Shown: positions 1-13,200 of the stretch, one piece after another
How the letters are laid out: each line of letters starts with the position of its first letter
Position numbering within the stretch: the first letter of the stretch is position 1
From: Catajapyx aquilonaris
Lineage: Eukaryota
Reading direction: 5' to 3'
NCBI GenBank assembly: GCA_000934665.2
Contig: KZ538275.1
Span: 1-64,000 of the forward strand
Length of the DNA stretch: 64,000 nt
Translations under genes and position numbers: made by a program
Notes under the pieces: model-generated
The model's input: the letters and a program-made list of their open reading frames with translations, nothing else
What the model was told of the DNA's origin: nothing
Databases searched by the model: none

Positions 1-1269
1 GGATGACACCAACTCGAACTATGTCTCCCTCGAGAGAGAGTAGGCCTAGAAAGGAAACCCATGTCCTGCCTTCCATGATGGGTATGACTGGAAGACTATG
101 TTTCACTTTTAACCGAAGTTTTTTTTTTTTTCTTCTGGGGGAGAGCCTGCGAGTGTCTTTGGCTGTGGCTCGATCCTCGTAAATCCCCGCCAGCACTTGC
201 CACGTAATTGCAATCGGCACTTCATCTCTGTGCGGCTGGCACTAAGGGTGCCGTTCTGCCTGGGAAGGGTGGACGAAGAATGGTTCTGGAAAGAGCTCGT
301 TGCCTGATTGGCATTGGTGCACCGTCACGAACACCCGTTTTGTAACTGTCACCTGATGCATAAGTATCCCCGGTAGAGCGGCGCCACAGTCGGGCAGCCA
401 GTGGCGACACCATGCGGTTGAGTCATGGTGGCGTCGGCCGTTTCTTTTCCGGACCCAGCGGATGTCGTCGAGCATGGTGGTGGTTGGGCACATGCCCTCT
501 TCCTTCATCCGACTGACTTCTTCTTTCTCCGGTTCCCTCGTTGCCCGGATGGATTTACGGCTCCTCGTATTTCCCACTCTGGCGGCCGCCCAGAGTTATG
601 GCGGTGATCGGGAAGCGGGACCAGGATGAGGGCTTTTGGGGATTGGAGCAAAAGATGGCCGTCTCTTTTGTTCCTTTTCCGTGTGTTCCCCCTCTCCATT
701 GTTCCTTTGGCAGCAATGGTGACCACCTCAAGTATGCAAACCCTTTCTTCGGAGCTGGGAAGCAATTCTTCGATTTCCTCCGTGGTAGAGATAGGCCAAG
801 TGCCGCTGGGGGGGATTTGTCGGGCGTCGGGACCATCTTTCCCCGATGACGGACTGCCGCGTCCGACGCCAGCCGCCGATCGCATTCAAATCCCCCAAAT
901 TGCATTTTAATTATCGGTCCAATGGCGGTTTTTTGAATTAACACGCCGCCTATTTGAATGCAAATGGGGTGCGGGCGGGAGAGGCGGGGTTTTGGAAGGT
1001 GATTGGGAAAACCGGGAGGGTTTTCTTCACAGTTCTTGGAAGGGAAACGAAAATCACGCCATTAGGCTGAGAGTAGGGGAGGGGGGGGGGAGGAATAAAG
1101 AATGATGGGTAGATAAAGGCTTTGTAAATCAACAATCGAGCTAAGGGTCGTTATGCGTCTAGGCCAGAATGGGTGCCATCTCCCAAAAAATTGCAGTGGA
1201 CAAATTTTCATATGGAGAGTACCTAATCGTTGGTATCTATTAAACCACTCCCACTCACTTTGGACGATT

Positions 1270-1850
1270 AAATTCATATGCCTCCCGCGTCGCCCAAGTT
1301 GGTTCCTGGCGCTTTCTTCGCCTGGAGCAAAAGGCAAAGCGGCATTCATGGCGAAGAAGAGTAGCCGCCTGCTATTGACAGCCACCTCTTCTTCTTATTC
1401 TTCAGAAGCTTTTCCCCTCTTTGACGGGGGCGGAGCGCCACTTGTGCCTTTCATCTCCGCACGGGATGGAGTCTTCAAGGGTGGGCAAACGTGCCTTGAA
1501 ATTTTGGATCTTTTCCATGTGTTTTTTATCAGCAGCGAGAATGTGAGTGACCAGTGGTCCAGTCTCACACATTGTTGCTTTGGGCATAGTTGAAGCCTGC
1601 AGCCGGCCGCTCCCACAATATGTCGGGTCCAAACTTGGCCCGCCGGATGGGCCTGGGCCGCGATGCAAATCACCACCGGGGGACAATGGTATACTGAGGA
1701 GGGGTGTGTTGCCAAGTGGACGCACCGCCATCTGGGAGTGACAACCGTAGGTCACGAGGATATTTTCCTGAGGTCACGGTGCAGCTTATTAGAATTGGGT
1801 GTGGAGAGGCTGTCGTCGGTGTTTTCCTCTGGGTCGGAGGCCATCCATCT
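1270..1850 (-). mobile_element. Decayed 3' fragment of an RTE-like non-LTR retrotransposon
   Basis: Frameshifted - strand peptides in the order expected at RTE ORF C-termini: HRDLRKI (cf. HQRCLRKIL), QVWTRHIV...RLQLCPKQ (cf. QLRWxGHVxRM..RLPKQ), NFKARL, DERHKWRSAPVKEGKSF (cf. DRxxWRSAVKxGxxxFE). Recognised from memory only. Confidence 0.45.
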
Positions 1851-3143
1851 CCAGCAGCGGAGAGCTGGACCACTGGCCAGCAGCCAATGGCGGTTGCATA
1901 TCAGAAATGGGACTTTCTCCCTCATAATTTCAGAGCGGAGTTAATTGAGGGGGTTGGAGGGAATCAGTCGGAGATCGGGGGGAGAATACATTGGGGCATG
2001 TCTGGCGCAGTTTGCTGGTGCTGGGGAAAATTGGAAGGCTAAGAAGTTGAATCAAGCACCGGAGAGAATAGGTGGAGTGGAGGGGGACATTGGCCATTTT
2101 ATTTTCCTGTCACGGAATGTGGGGACAGTCAGCTCAAATTAAGCAGGAAATGTCCGATTATAATATTATTGTGCAGATCTGTACACACAATCGGAGATAT
2201 TGCTCAAAAACACTTGCTTGTATCAGAATTTTCATGTTATGAGTCGGTTGTACGATATTAAGGCGAAAGTCTCCGATTATGTCCAATAATTTGTGAATAT
2301 GGACCTAAAATCGGAGAATTTGTTAATTTTTTTTCGTACAACTGGCCCAAATGAATCCATAGATTGGAGGACGGTTAATTTTAAGACTCGTAGAATGATT
2401 ATAAAATAATTTAGTCATTCTCAGAATTACACTGTTAGGCGCGGTTGTTTGATCGCGAAGTGAGAAAATACTGCCGATTATGTCTGGGATTTTCAATACC
2501 AAATTGGAGTTTCGTTGGTCCTGAGAAAAGGCCGCACACTACCTGGAATTACAACTTAATTTAATTTAGCTTAATCATCCCAATACTATAGCCTGATCAT
2601 GCTAACTGAACCTACTGTAACGAGACCCATATTAAGTACAATTTTTGTGGTTTTATCTGTCACGTTTCTTTGTACCCAATTTGATTGTAAATTGAGTTGA
2701 TACCAGTTGCCCCCAATCATTTTATAATGTTGCGTTATTGGGGAAATTGATTAATGTGAAATTTTCATTCATTTGCTCTTTAAATTTTAAATCTTGCATA
2801 GACAGGTTGAATTGAATTTCTGGACGAATTTCTCTGCAAAATCGTAAGCATTTCTGAATGGCTCCATCACGCTCCTATTATATCCTTGCTTGCAACCCCG
2901 TATAGGTGGCCAGTAGATGTGGCAACACACGTCCTGATTGCCTGTCCTGCCTCCCCCCCTTCTATGCAGCCCACCCCCTGCAAGGAGGGTTTAATCAGGG
3001 GTGGCGGTCGAGATTCATCCCAGTCAATTGGGGCACCCCCCTACTCTTCTGCCCCAGCTCCACAACACATCACTTCAGCAGGCCTTGATCATTTCATCGT
3101 CCCCCATCTTTGAAACACTTTTTTGTCTCATTTTTGCCCACAG

Positions 3144-6100
3144 AATGAAAAGGTGGAGGTGAAACAGAAGTGGGCATCCCGACTTCTGGGTAAACTGCGG
3201 AAGGACATCACGCAGGAGTGCAGAGAAGACTTCGTGCTGAGCATCACTGGGAAGAAGCCTGCCATGTGCGTTCTTTCCAATCCGGACCAGAAGGGCAAGA
3301 TGCGACGAATCGACTGTCTCAGGCAGGCAGACAAGGTGAGGATCCTTATCCTGGTGGGTGTCAGGAGCAAATGTGGCTGCCCCTGGCGTGTAGGGTGCCT
3401 GGCGAGCATCCCTGTCGTAAGGGTTATCTATGCGACAGGATAAGCAGTTCCAGCTATTTTTTGTCACTAATATTAGTAAGCAGCTAAAAGTAACTGCTAC
3501 TTTTGTTTGTTTAGATATCATCGCTTTTGGATGGCGGGCGTGACGCTAATAATTTCCTCTAAATTGATGATAGTGCAGAGGTTGTACTACTTTACGACTC
3601 GGAGTTCCGCTCCCTTAACCCCTTCGCAGCAGGGTTGAGGGCCATAGAGACCCCCGTAGCACACTAAAGGTCGTAGTAAAAATAGAAATCAAGTTCGCCC
3701 CCATTTCACCCCCATCGAACACGCACACGCGCCTAGCACACACACACACACACCCACACACATCTTGTCAGCAAACCCAGCACGTGGAATAAACTAATAC
3801 GGAAAATAACTTGTGGATATTATATGTTGTTTTTTTGTTTACAGGTGTGGCGGCTGGACCTGGTGATGGTGATCCTGTTCAAAGCCATACCTCTGGAGAG
3901 CACCGATGGTGAGAGGCTGGAGAAGTCACCCGAATGCCTGCACCCAGGACTCTGCGTGAATCCCTACCACATCAATGTGTCCGTCCGGGAGCTGGACCTT
4001 TACTTGGCCAACTTCATCAACACTCATGGTATACAAGCCTTCCTCATTCCTCAATGGTACCCTCCACCGTACTTCTTTGCATCTTTTTCTCCGTTCTCCC
4101 CCGGCTAATGAGGCTGTGAGCTGGGCTAAATATACCCACTTTTCCTTTGGGCTAAATATACGGGGCTCCGGAGGAAAAAGGCAGCAGGTGCCTTTGCCGC
4201 CCCTGGGATTTTACTAGAGCAAGTCTGCCCTTGGGTATGATTGTTAGCATCATTGTTGACAATTGGTTACCAGGATTTTCTGCCCACCTTATATTCAGAC
4301 ATTGAATTGATGTCAGGTCCCATGGAGCTAGACGGCTACCCCAAAACCGAAGGGAAGTCGATTACAATGCACGATAAGCCAAAAATGGTCCAAACTTCTG
4401 CTCCACTGCTCTTCGAACACCCCCCCTAGATCGATCCTAGAGATTTGAAATTGAAACGCGTCCCAGTGGGGTGGTTTTACTCGACACTTTCGCCTCGTCT
4501 TCTTTTGTGTTGATGGTCGGTACCAGGTGACCCACGGTCTTACATCATGACCTTATCAATTGTTTTTTTCTTCTTCTCGTTTTCAGAAATCCTCAGTGGG
4601 ATGTGCGATAACAACAACGAGAAGGAAGACAAACGGACTGTGGAAGGTAAGCACTTTGTTGTTGTTTTTTTAAAAAATTTCTTCAGAAAGGGGGTGGGTT
4701 TACACTAGTTATTACTCCACGTGTTTAGAGTTTGGTGGGGGTGGGGTTTTCAAGCTATAAGATGAGGCGGCGCCTACCCCACGATGCAAATTGGCCACCG
4801 CGTACTCGGCGGAACAGCCATAAAGTTGAAATATACGCGCAGCAGACGATAAAGCTGGTTCCTCCGTCTGTGAAAAGCGGTGGATTTTGTGGAGGGGGGA
4901 AGGTATATAATGGGTGCATGGTAAGGTGTAGCTGAATTGACGCCGTTAAGTGACCCCAGAATCTGACCGAAATTCGGCCCCACGCGGTATCGTCCGAGAG
5001 AGACTATTTAATAATCGCGGTTTGGGACGAGCCATTTCTTAAAACGTGGGTTGAAATTTAAGCATGGTTTTTGGGGGACGTACGTGCTGGTTTGATTAAC
5101 AAGGCGAGGGTTTTTATTTTTATTTTATTTTTAGGATAGAGTCACGTTATAGCGTGATGAGTCTCGATGATGAATTTTAATTTTTTGAATACTGTAATCA
5201 TTGAATTTTTATGCAACAGTGAAACCTGTCCATGTTGGACACTGATGGTTACGAGAAAAATGTCCAACATATTAGTGTAAATGTGAAAATTGTAATTTGT
5301 CCAACTTAAGAGGGGGAAAGTGTCCAACTTCTGTGATAGACAGGTGTCCACTGTCCAACTTAGCAACACTGCAAGGTTCTCAGAATGATGTCCAACATAT
5401 GGAGGTGTCCAACTTGACAGGTTTCACTGTATTGTGCTTATACATTTATACAGCCCACAGACCACGTTTTAGTTAGGGAAAATCAGTAGATGGCGCACGC
5501 TGAATTGAACGGATAGTCTGTTTTACCTCGGTGTGTTGGGTTGCCTGCCTCTCAGGATACGCGTCTCAGGTAAATTCGGGAACAATTGACCCTTTAAGCA
5601 GCAATAATCCGGGTGAATACCGGACCGGGTGTTAGAAGACCCAAGGGCTCGTCTCTTGTCTTTGTCCCTGGCTGGAAAAGCGGCGCGTGCTAACCCCCCC
5701 CCCCCCTTCCCTCCTTCTCTTCCTCCATCCCTCCTCTACCACCACCATCTCTTTTCCCTGAATTTGCATTGGAAATGGTCCGCCCACCTTGGGTCGACAC
5801 TAAGGCCGGGAAATTTACACTGCGCGGGGGAAGAGCGATTACAAGCAGGAGAAGGGATTAGGCCTCCGCCAGTAAACCATTTAATTAGCAGCAACAAGGA
5901 AATAATGAGTTTCAATGGGCTCTTCGAGTCCGGGCCCACGCTCGTTTGTCATCGGACTCACTCGCTCTCCTTGGGCTTGTAGAGGAAGGTTTCTATGTGC
6001 AAGAAAGTTGCTTCTTCACCTTGTTCAATTGTTACAGGTAGTGTTTTATCAAACATCAAATTTGGCCGAATAATAGCTCATTTTGGCATTTCATTCAATA

Positions 6101-9100
6101 TTTGCCACATTATTGTTAAAATCATGATGTCATTTTATGGAAGATTGTACCATATGACATGCAATTTTAATTCAATTATTGGTTAATTTAATAGTTTACA
6201 AAAGTTTAAAACTTCAGTAAGAAAACAACTCAAAATATTTTAGAAGGTAGCGGAAGAAATGGATTTGTTTGCCACATCAATATGTTTGAAGAGAGTTGTT
6301 GATTGTTGATTTTTGCTGGCGGCCAATGTATAGTTGAAGGCATTGTTACTTGGGCAACTGGTAACCCCTGGAGGCTTATGCCTCCTCCCAATTGGCAGAT
6401 TTGCTATTGCAACATTGGAAGTAACGCTTCACCTATATTATGACATGGCTCGGAGTTTTTAATTGCGCTAATTGCAGGAGTAATTGATTATAGAGCAAAA
6501 TTACACCACTCTCGGGAAATTGTTTACCTCACTTTGTTTGTTGTTTTGAACCAAATTTTAGTTGCTAACCCGATAGCAACGTTGTCGCCATAGGTCATTG
6601 TTTTTCACAATTTTGTCTTTCTTTTTTAAAAGGTGGAGAGGGTGGGGGGGGGGGGNNNNNNNNNNNNNNNNNNNNNNNNNNNNNNNNNNNNNNNNNNNNN
6701 NNNNNNNNNNNNNNNNNNNNNNNNNNNNNNNNNNNNNNNNNNNNNNNNNNNNNNNNNNNNNNNNNNNNNNNNNNNNNNNNNNNNNNNNNNNNNNNNNNNN
6801 NNNNNNNNNNNNNNNNNNNNNNNNNNNNNNNNNNNNNNNNNNNNNNNNNNNNNNNNNNNNNNNNNNNNNNNNNNNNNCCCCCCCCCCCTTTTTTTTCTTC
6901 TTTCTCTCCCATCCCCCGCCTCTCCCTACAGACACACCAGCAGATATTTCTAGACAGGAGCCACGGCGGCTGTTGCAGAAATAGATTTTTGCACATCCTT
7001 GCGACTTCCCGATGGGTGTATACCTAGATGTGTCTCTCTCCCCTGTGGGCAAAATGCGGGGGTCTAAAAAAAATTTCGCTTAAAAAATAGGAGAGTCAAA
7101 GACTGCATAAATAGAACCAAGCTAACTTGAATCACATTTGCATGTTTAGCAGTTCTCTAAAAAGAAATCGCAGATTTTTTTTTGCAATAGCAGGACTAAT
7201 CAGGACTACTGGGAAATAGTTATCTGCCAGTTGTTGACGTAAATAAAAGTTTTTAGACTTTTTCTTAGCGAAAGAAAGTATTATAGAACGTCTCTGTCCG
7301 TCCGTGGACAGGTATCAGGGCCTAACCGGCAAACGGTTTTCGTATGCGGATTTAGCCATTCCGGTTTTCCGGGTTCACTCCATCCTCCCAAGATCACGTC
7401 TACATGATTTAGAAATTTTTCTTGGGTTACTTGGAACCTAGAAATGAGACTGACAACATTGTATGTCATTACGTACTGTCCAATTTGAATTGCCTTGGCA
7501 ATGAGAAAAAGTCTACTCGAATCACGCTTGCGAGTTTTGCCAATCTTGTTTTTAGCTTGAAAAGGGTGCAGTTTCCATTTTGGTTCACTTAAATAGCGAT
7601 TTTTCAATAGACTTTCATTAGTGGTGACCAGCAATAAGCCAGGATTTTCTGTCTTCGCTTATAGTGCCGACATTCAGGGGATGTAATGATTGTCCTCCGG
7701 ATTCTGATAGAGCACTGCGATACTTATTTCGTCATGTAGCGACACCGCTTTTGGTTAGTACGTGTGGGTTGAGAGTCCCGGTGCAGTAATGAGATCTGGT
7801 TTGGATGAGGTAGAGGTGTGGTGGTGGTGGTAGTGGGAGGGTTTTGCAGGAGGAGGATTAGTCAGATGGTAGGGGGCGGGTGACCTCGCGGCATCCTCCG
7901 GTTGCGAATTCTAAAATTACCGGGGCCCCCCTCCTAGCGAGAATGGGGGCTTAATTTCGGGTCCCCAAAATTATTAATTCCGTGTACACTCCCCCTGGTG
8001 GGTACTCCCCCCCAACGTAGTCGCGGGAAACGTGACATACAGGTTTGTCACCAGTTTCAGTGGGACAAGACTTTTCCCCGTATCCGCAAAAAAAAANNNN
8101 NNNNNNNNGGGGGGGGGGGGGGTCCAAATTTTAGCCCAACCCCCACCGTTAACCCCGCGGGTCCGGAAACCGATCCGATAGGCGGGTTCATAAATTCAGA
8201 GCCCGCGACGGGAATCACCGTGCCGATCGGCCGATATTGGAGCCAGCAAGGCCGGGACGCCGCCGAGCATTTGTCGACTGTCCTTTCGCCCTTTCCGCTT
8301 CTTAGGAAGGGGGGGAAAATATATAAGAAAGGGGGAGGAGGGGGGATCAATCTGGGGTGAAAGAGTACCGAGTATAAAAGTGTCTTAGTAGGAGGCTACT
8401 GAGTATGAACGTGGCTGAGGAGGAGGCTACTGAGCATGAAAGTGGCTACTGAGTATGAAACTCTAAGTGACTGAGTACGAAAGTGGCTACTGAGTAAGAG
8501 ACTGCTGAGTATGAAAGTAGCTACTGATGAGTAAGAGACGGCTGAGTATGAAAGTGGCTACTGATGAGTAAGAGACTGCTGAGTATGAAAGTGACTGAGT
8601 ACGAAAGTGGCTACTGAGTCAGAGACTACTGAGCATGAAAGTGACTACTGGGCATTAAAGTGACTACTAGGTATTAAAGTGGCTACTACGAGTAAGTATG
8701 AAAGTGGCTGGGTAGGAGGATATCAGGCAAAATGGGTACAGAATGGGTACGAAATTGTTGGTACCTATTTTTGGTCGTAATTAACCATAATTAGTGGATT
8801 TTAAAGCTAATTAATTAAAATTTGGACACCTTCCTCGGTGGTCCCTTGCAGCTACATCATCTTCGTCTTGGGGGTCCTGGGGAACAGTTTCCATCGACTC
8901 GTAGGGTGGTGGGGGATATAGGGTGGGTAGGGAAAGCGATAAGGGTTTTGGGGAAGTCCTCCCCCATTCTGGCCCTCCCTCCCCCAGTTCTTGTGCGGCA
9001 CACCATCGGGGGTGACTTGCCATGATATGTGGTCAGCTTTATCGTCGGTTTACACCTCACATGAAGCGGTCCGGGGCTATTGAGCTACTTGGGTGTATAT

Positions 9101-10247
9101 TGAGTGCCGGCGCCCTGGGAAAGATAGAGGAGTTCTAGGGGGCTAGGCATTAGACATCCCCCTCCTCTCCCCACTCCCTACCACAAAACGCATTAGCACC
9201 CCAGCCTTGAAAAAAAATATTGTGAGGGGGGCACTGTGGCGGTATTGTGAGGGGTAATGTGGCGGACATTTCTAAACCCAGTGCACATGCGACAGTTTGG
9301 TCCGGATAAATTTTGTACAGGGAGCAATTTGGGGAAGTCTTTTATGTGAAATCCGGTCCTAGTGACGCGGGGTGTTTTATTTTTACAGGATGATGTAAGA
9401 TAGTTGGGGAATAGAGGAGAGGGGAGGCGGCGGTGTGGGGAGGAAGAGTTGCAAAGTTTTTGCAGCCGATGACTAGAAGGATTGGTGGGGTTGGGGCCAT
9501 GGAGAGGAATCGAAATGTCAGGGTGGCCGTAGCAATTTTTCAAAAGTTGCGGAATGGATTTTTCCGAGAGGGGGTAGTAGGTAGAGCCCCAAGTTTTGAC
9601 CACAAGAACTGGAGGAATTTGGCACCAGGCCGGATAGTCTACCTGACACACTACTGACCAAACGTTCACTGAACACAGGGCATGTCCATTTCTGACTTGT
9701 GACATTGAATGCTCATTTCCAGTATCAACCACGGTCTGGAAAGTCCCTCTCTTATCATGTGGACCCCGCACTTTTACTGACTTCCCTATAGTACCCACCA
9801 TATAACTTCTCAAAAAGTAGTCGGTGACCTCTGGTCCTCCAGACATCATAAGCGATCTGATTGGTGGAGCAGAGAGCGGGGGGACCTCTTATCCACCAAT
9901 CAGAATGGTGGGTACAGTGCGGTACATAAGAAATGCTCTTTTGAAACCCTACCGTGTATTGCTTAACCACAGAGGTCGCAATATTTAGGACATGCTTTTT
10001 TCTTGAGAAGTTAGGCTGTGGGTAGTATAGACGTGTGTCTGCTGAAGGATAGGCAAATGAATCCGCTGGGAAATAAGGTTAGATCATAGGGTAGGTTGGT
10101 GCAGCGTGACCCTACCCCAGTCACATTCGGTCTTCCATTACGAAAGTCCTTGCGTGGGAAGTAAGCTCACTGGGGTCTGCATAAAGCTGTGGTAGGACTG
10201 TCAGGCTGGTGTCAACTCCAGCAAAAATCGCGGATCATACACGTTGA

Positions 10248-10299
<52 letters not shown>

Positions 10300-13200
10300 T
10301 TGATTAGGACATATTGGTCAACCTAGCGTAGCTTGCATTGTAGACGTATCCTTTGGCTTGGGTTTGGCGAAAGAAAAGGGGGGGAGGTTGGTCGGGAAGC
10401 TGTTCGACACCCGAAAAGCTCCCCTTTTTCTTTCTCCCTCGGGAGGAGGAGGGAAGAGGAGGAGGAGGGAGAAGGCAGGCCCATGCAGGCTAGACGGAGG
10501 AGCAAGCGCTGTAAATCAGCGGCGTAATATTCGTAACGAATTCGCGGAGTATTCCTCTTATCCGGACGCGAGAATTATGGGCGCTTGCTAGGGGTGGGCG
10601 GGTGGAGGGAAGGCGAAAAGGGGGAGGAGGGGGGAGGGGGAGGGAATAGACGGCCCTCCTCTCTTTCCACCCCCTAGGCGCAATCCGCCTAACTGGTACA
10701 CAATAGATATTTACGACGGCCGGCTAAACGGCTTTTTGGGGAGGGTGGGGGAAGGAGGAGAAGGAGGGGAAAGGGAGGGAGAGGGAGAGAGAGGCTGCTT
10801 CGCGCTTGGACTGACTTGAAAACCCCGCAGCTTGGCGGATGGCTTCCCGACCATCCCGCCCGTCCCATTCGGATTTTCTGCTCGGCTTTCTCCCAATGGA
10901 TGCCAGGTCAGCCTCCCGCCGAGTTTTCGCCCAAGACTTTCAGGGAGTGACCGGCGGTGGAAGGGTGGAAGGGGAGAGTCCACGTGGACCTAATGGGGAG
11001 ATGGGCTTTTAATTGAAGCGGAATGGGGAGTATGCAATAACTGTTGGGAGAATGAGAGATTAAATATGGAGACTATCAGTAGTTCGAAAGTGGGTTAGGT
11101 AGCAGGTAGCATAGAAACTTTTATCAAAGTTCTTGAAGTCCGTTAAAGTCCGTCGTACACGATATATGTTGGAGCGACGTTGTTGGCACCCAATCGAGTT
11201 GAAACGACGATTTATTTTATTAGCACCCAATCCTAGGTAAATATTGTAAATCAGCCACTTAAGAGTCCTTCGAATTGGATTACTTAGACTGAAATAAATT
11301 TCTTTGTTTTTAAAACACCGGGGGTCCCAATCGGATAGGGCCAAAAGTGTTGGCGGGCTAAAAATCGCAAGAGAAATTACACCTTCTGAATACGCCGAAG
11401 AGCAGCCGCCGCCTGGTGGAGAGATGAGTTTGGTAGAAAACACAGCCATTGTTTTTATTATGATCATAAATTAGCTGGTAAGAAGGCTTGACTTTGTTTA
11501 CAGAACATTACCTCGGGAACACTGTGCGTTCCTTCCTCGGCTTCTTCCGACCTCCCTCCCTCAATTCTTGGAGCCAAGTCAGGGGATAATCGTAGTAATC
11601 ATTTCCATAGAAAAGGAGGGAGGGCGCTCAGATCGTCTTTGGAAATTACGGCGCCGTTTTGCCATCATCCTATTTTTTTTATATCTAGGAAGGCTGCATA
11701 GACTCATTTTTGCCAATCCCTAGCAACATTTTTATCGCCCGAACCAAGTGCCCTTAGCGGCCACCACATGAATTAAGCAACCCCTTTCCTCAAATGTGTC
11801 GTAATGTAATAGTATCTTTTACGGTTGGAGGACGGGTAGTAAGCTGTCCAGTTTATTTGCTGGTGCGTACTCAGCGTGTCCTAGGCTTGTATCCGCTGAA
11901 GATGGGGCTGTATCCGCTGTGTGTATCCCCGGGGAAGGAAAGCTATAGGTTGAAGACCTTCTGACAGTTTTCCCCTGCTAACTTCCCCCCAAACTAATTT
12001 GCACTAACCCAAGTTTATCCTGTCAAAGAAGTGAGTGAAGAAACACAAGTCAAGTACGGAGATATCTCTGGAGGTTAGGCATAAGTGGAGAGGGGGGGTG
12101 AACAAGTCAACCTGAAAACTGTGGAAGAGGCTTTTCTTCTGCGCTGCCAGGACTTTCTTGAGGGGGGAAAAGAAAAGGAAGAAGAAGACGAAAAAAAAAC
12201 GAAGGGTAAAGAGGGAGGGCCTTGCATAATTCCGGCCACCAGGCCCGTATTTCTCCCAAGACTCAGACTGTCCCTGCCATTTGCATGCAGAGGGGAAGGG
12301 ATGGATCCTTTTCTCTAGTTTTCTTTTCTTTATATATATGAATGGCGCGTGGGGGTGTGGAAATAAAGGGGGAAGGTGTCTGCTTTCTTCCTTTTTCAAT
12401 CCCATGGAGCAGTTGTTTCAGTACTGTGCTTGTGTAACATGGTGGAAGTGAATGTGAGTGTGAGAGAGCTGAAATTCACCAAAAAAAACCAAAAAAACAA
12501 AGATAGGGATTTTTCCATCACTTTCAGGCTACAGCCACAACCCGTACAACGGAGTGATTTGCAACGACACGATACTAGCCACTGGTGTCTTCTCCTCCAA
12601 GGAACTCTGGAGGCTTTCCAAAGGTGAGTTAACCTCAGCCTGACGGGAGATGTCGCCACATGAGCCTAGATGGTGCGGCCATCTAGCGTCGTATCATTTT
12701 GGCAACTTTTTGGGTCCTATCCTTTTCTGATATGATCCCCCCCGCAGTACCCGGCAGCTTCATACCCCGATAACTCAGGAGGGTAATGATGCGTGAAACG
12801 CGGCGGAAGCCGATATGCGTGAACCTATTATTGATTTGGTTCTCCAGGGATGATCGGGTATACCTTCCCTTTTAGAAAAATGGTGACTAAAAATTGCATA
12901 TCTACGGACTATGGCCTCTCACTTCAGCCATGTTGCACAGGCACTGTTTTGACTAACTATACCCCCTGACTAACAGTTATAATAAGTATTTTGCGGAGGG
13001 GGAATTAACGTGTCATTAACAGTTATCCGTTTTCAGAAAGCGTGACGTTAATGTCTTTTCTTATCTTTGGAAAGTGGCTGATGTGACGCGGCCGTATCCC
13101 CCTGATAAAACCGGTGAGGAAAGGGCCGTAAATTTGCAATTTTTGGCTAATTATTATTAGTCTGAGTCATTTATTCTGGAGGGAAGTCAATAATCATGGT

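Noticed and set aside
6558..7052. Long ORFs spanning 6.6-7.0 kb
   Set aside because: Artefacts of translating through the N gap.
8395..8710. CRISPR-like array
   Set aside because: Units are head-to-tail with no unique spacers, there are no cas genes, and the context is a eukaryotic intron.
9193..9849. 218-aa minus-strand ORF in the NFI intron
   Set aside because: No recognisable domain or supporting exon structure; likely chance or decayed repeat.
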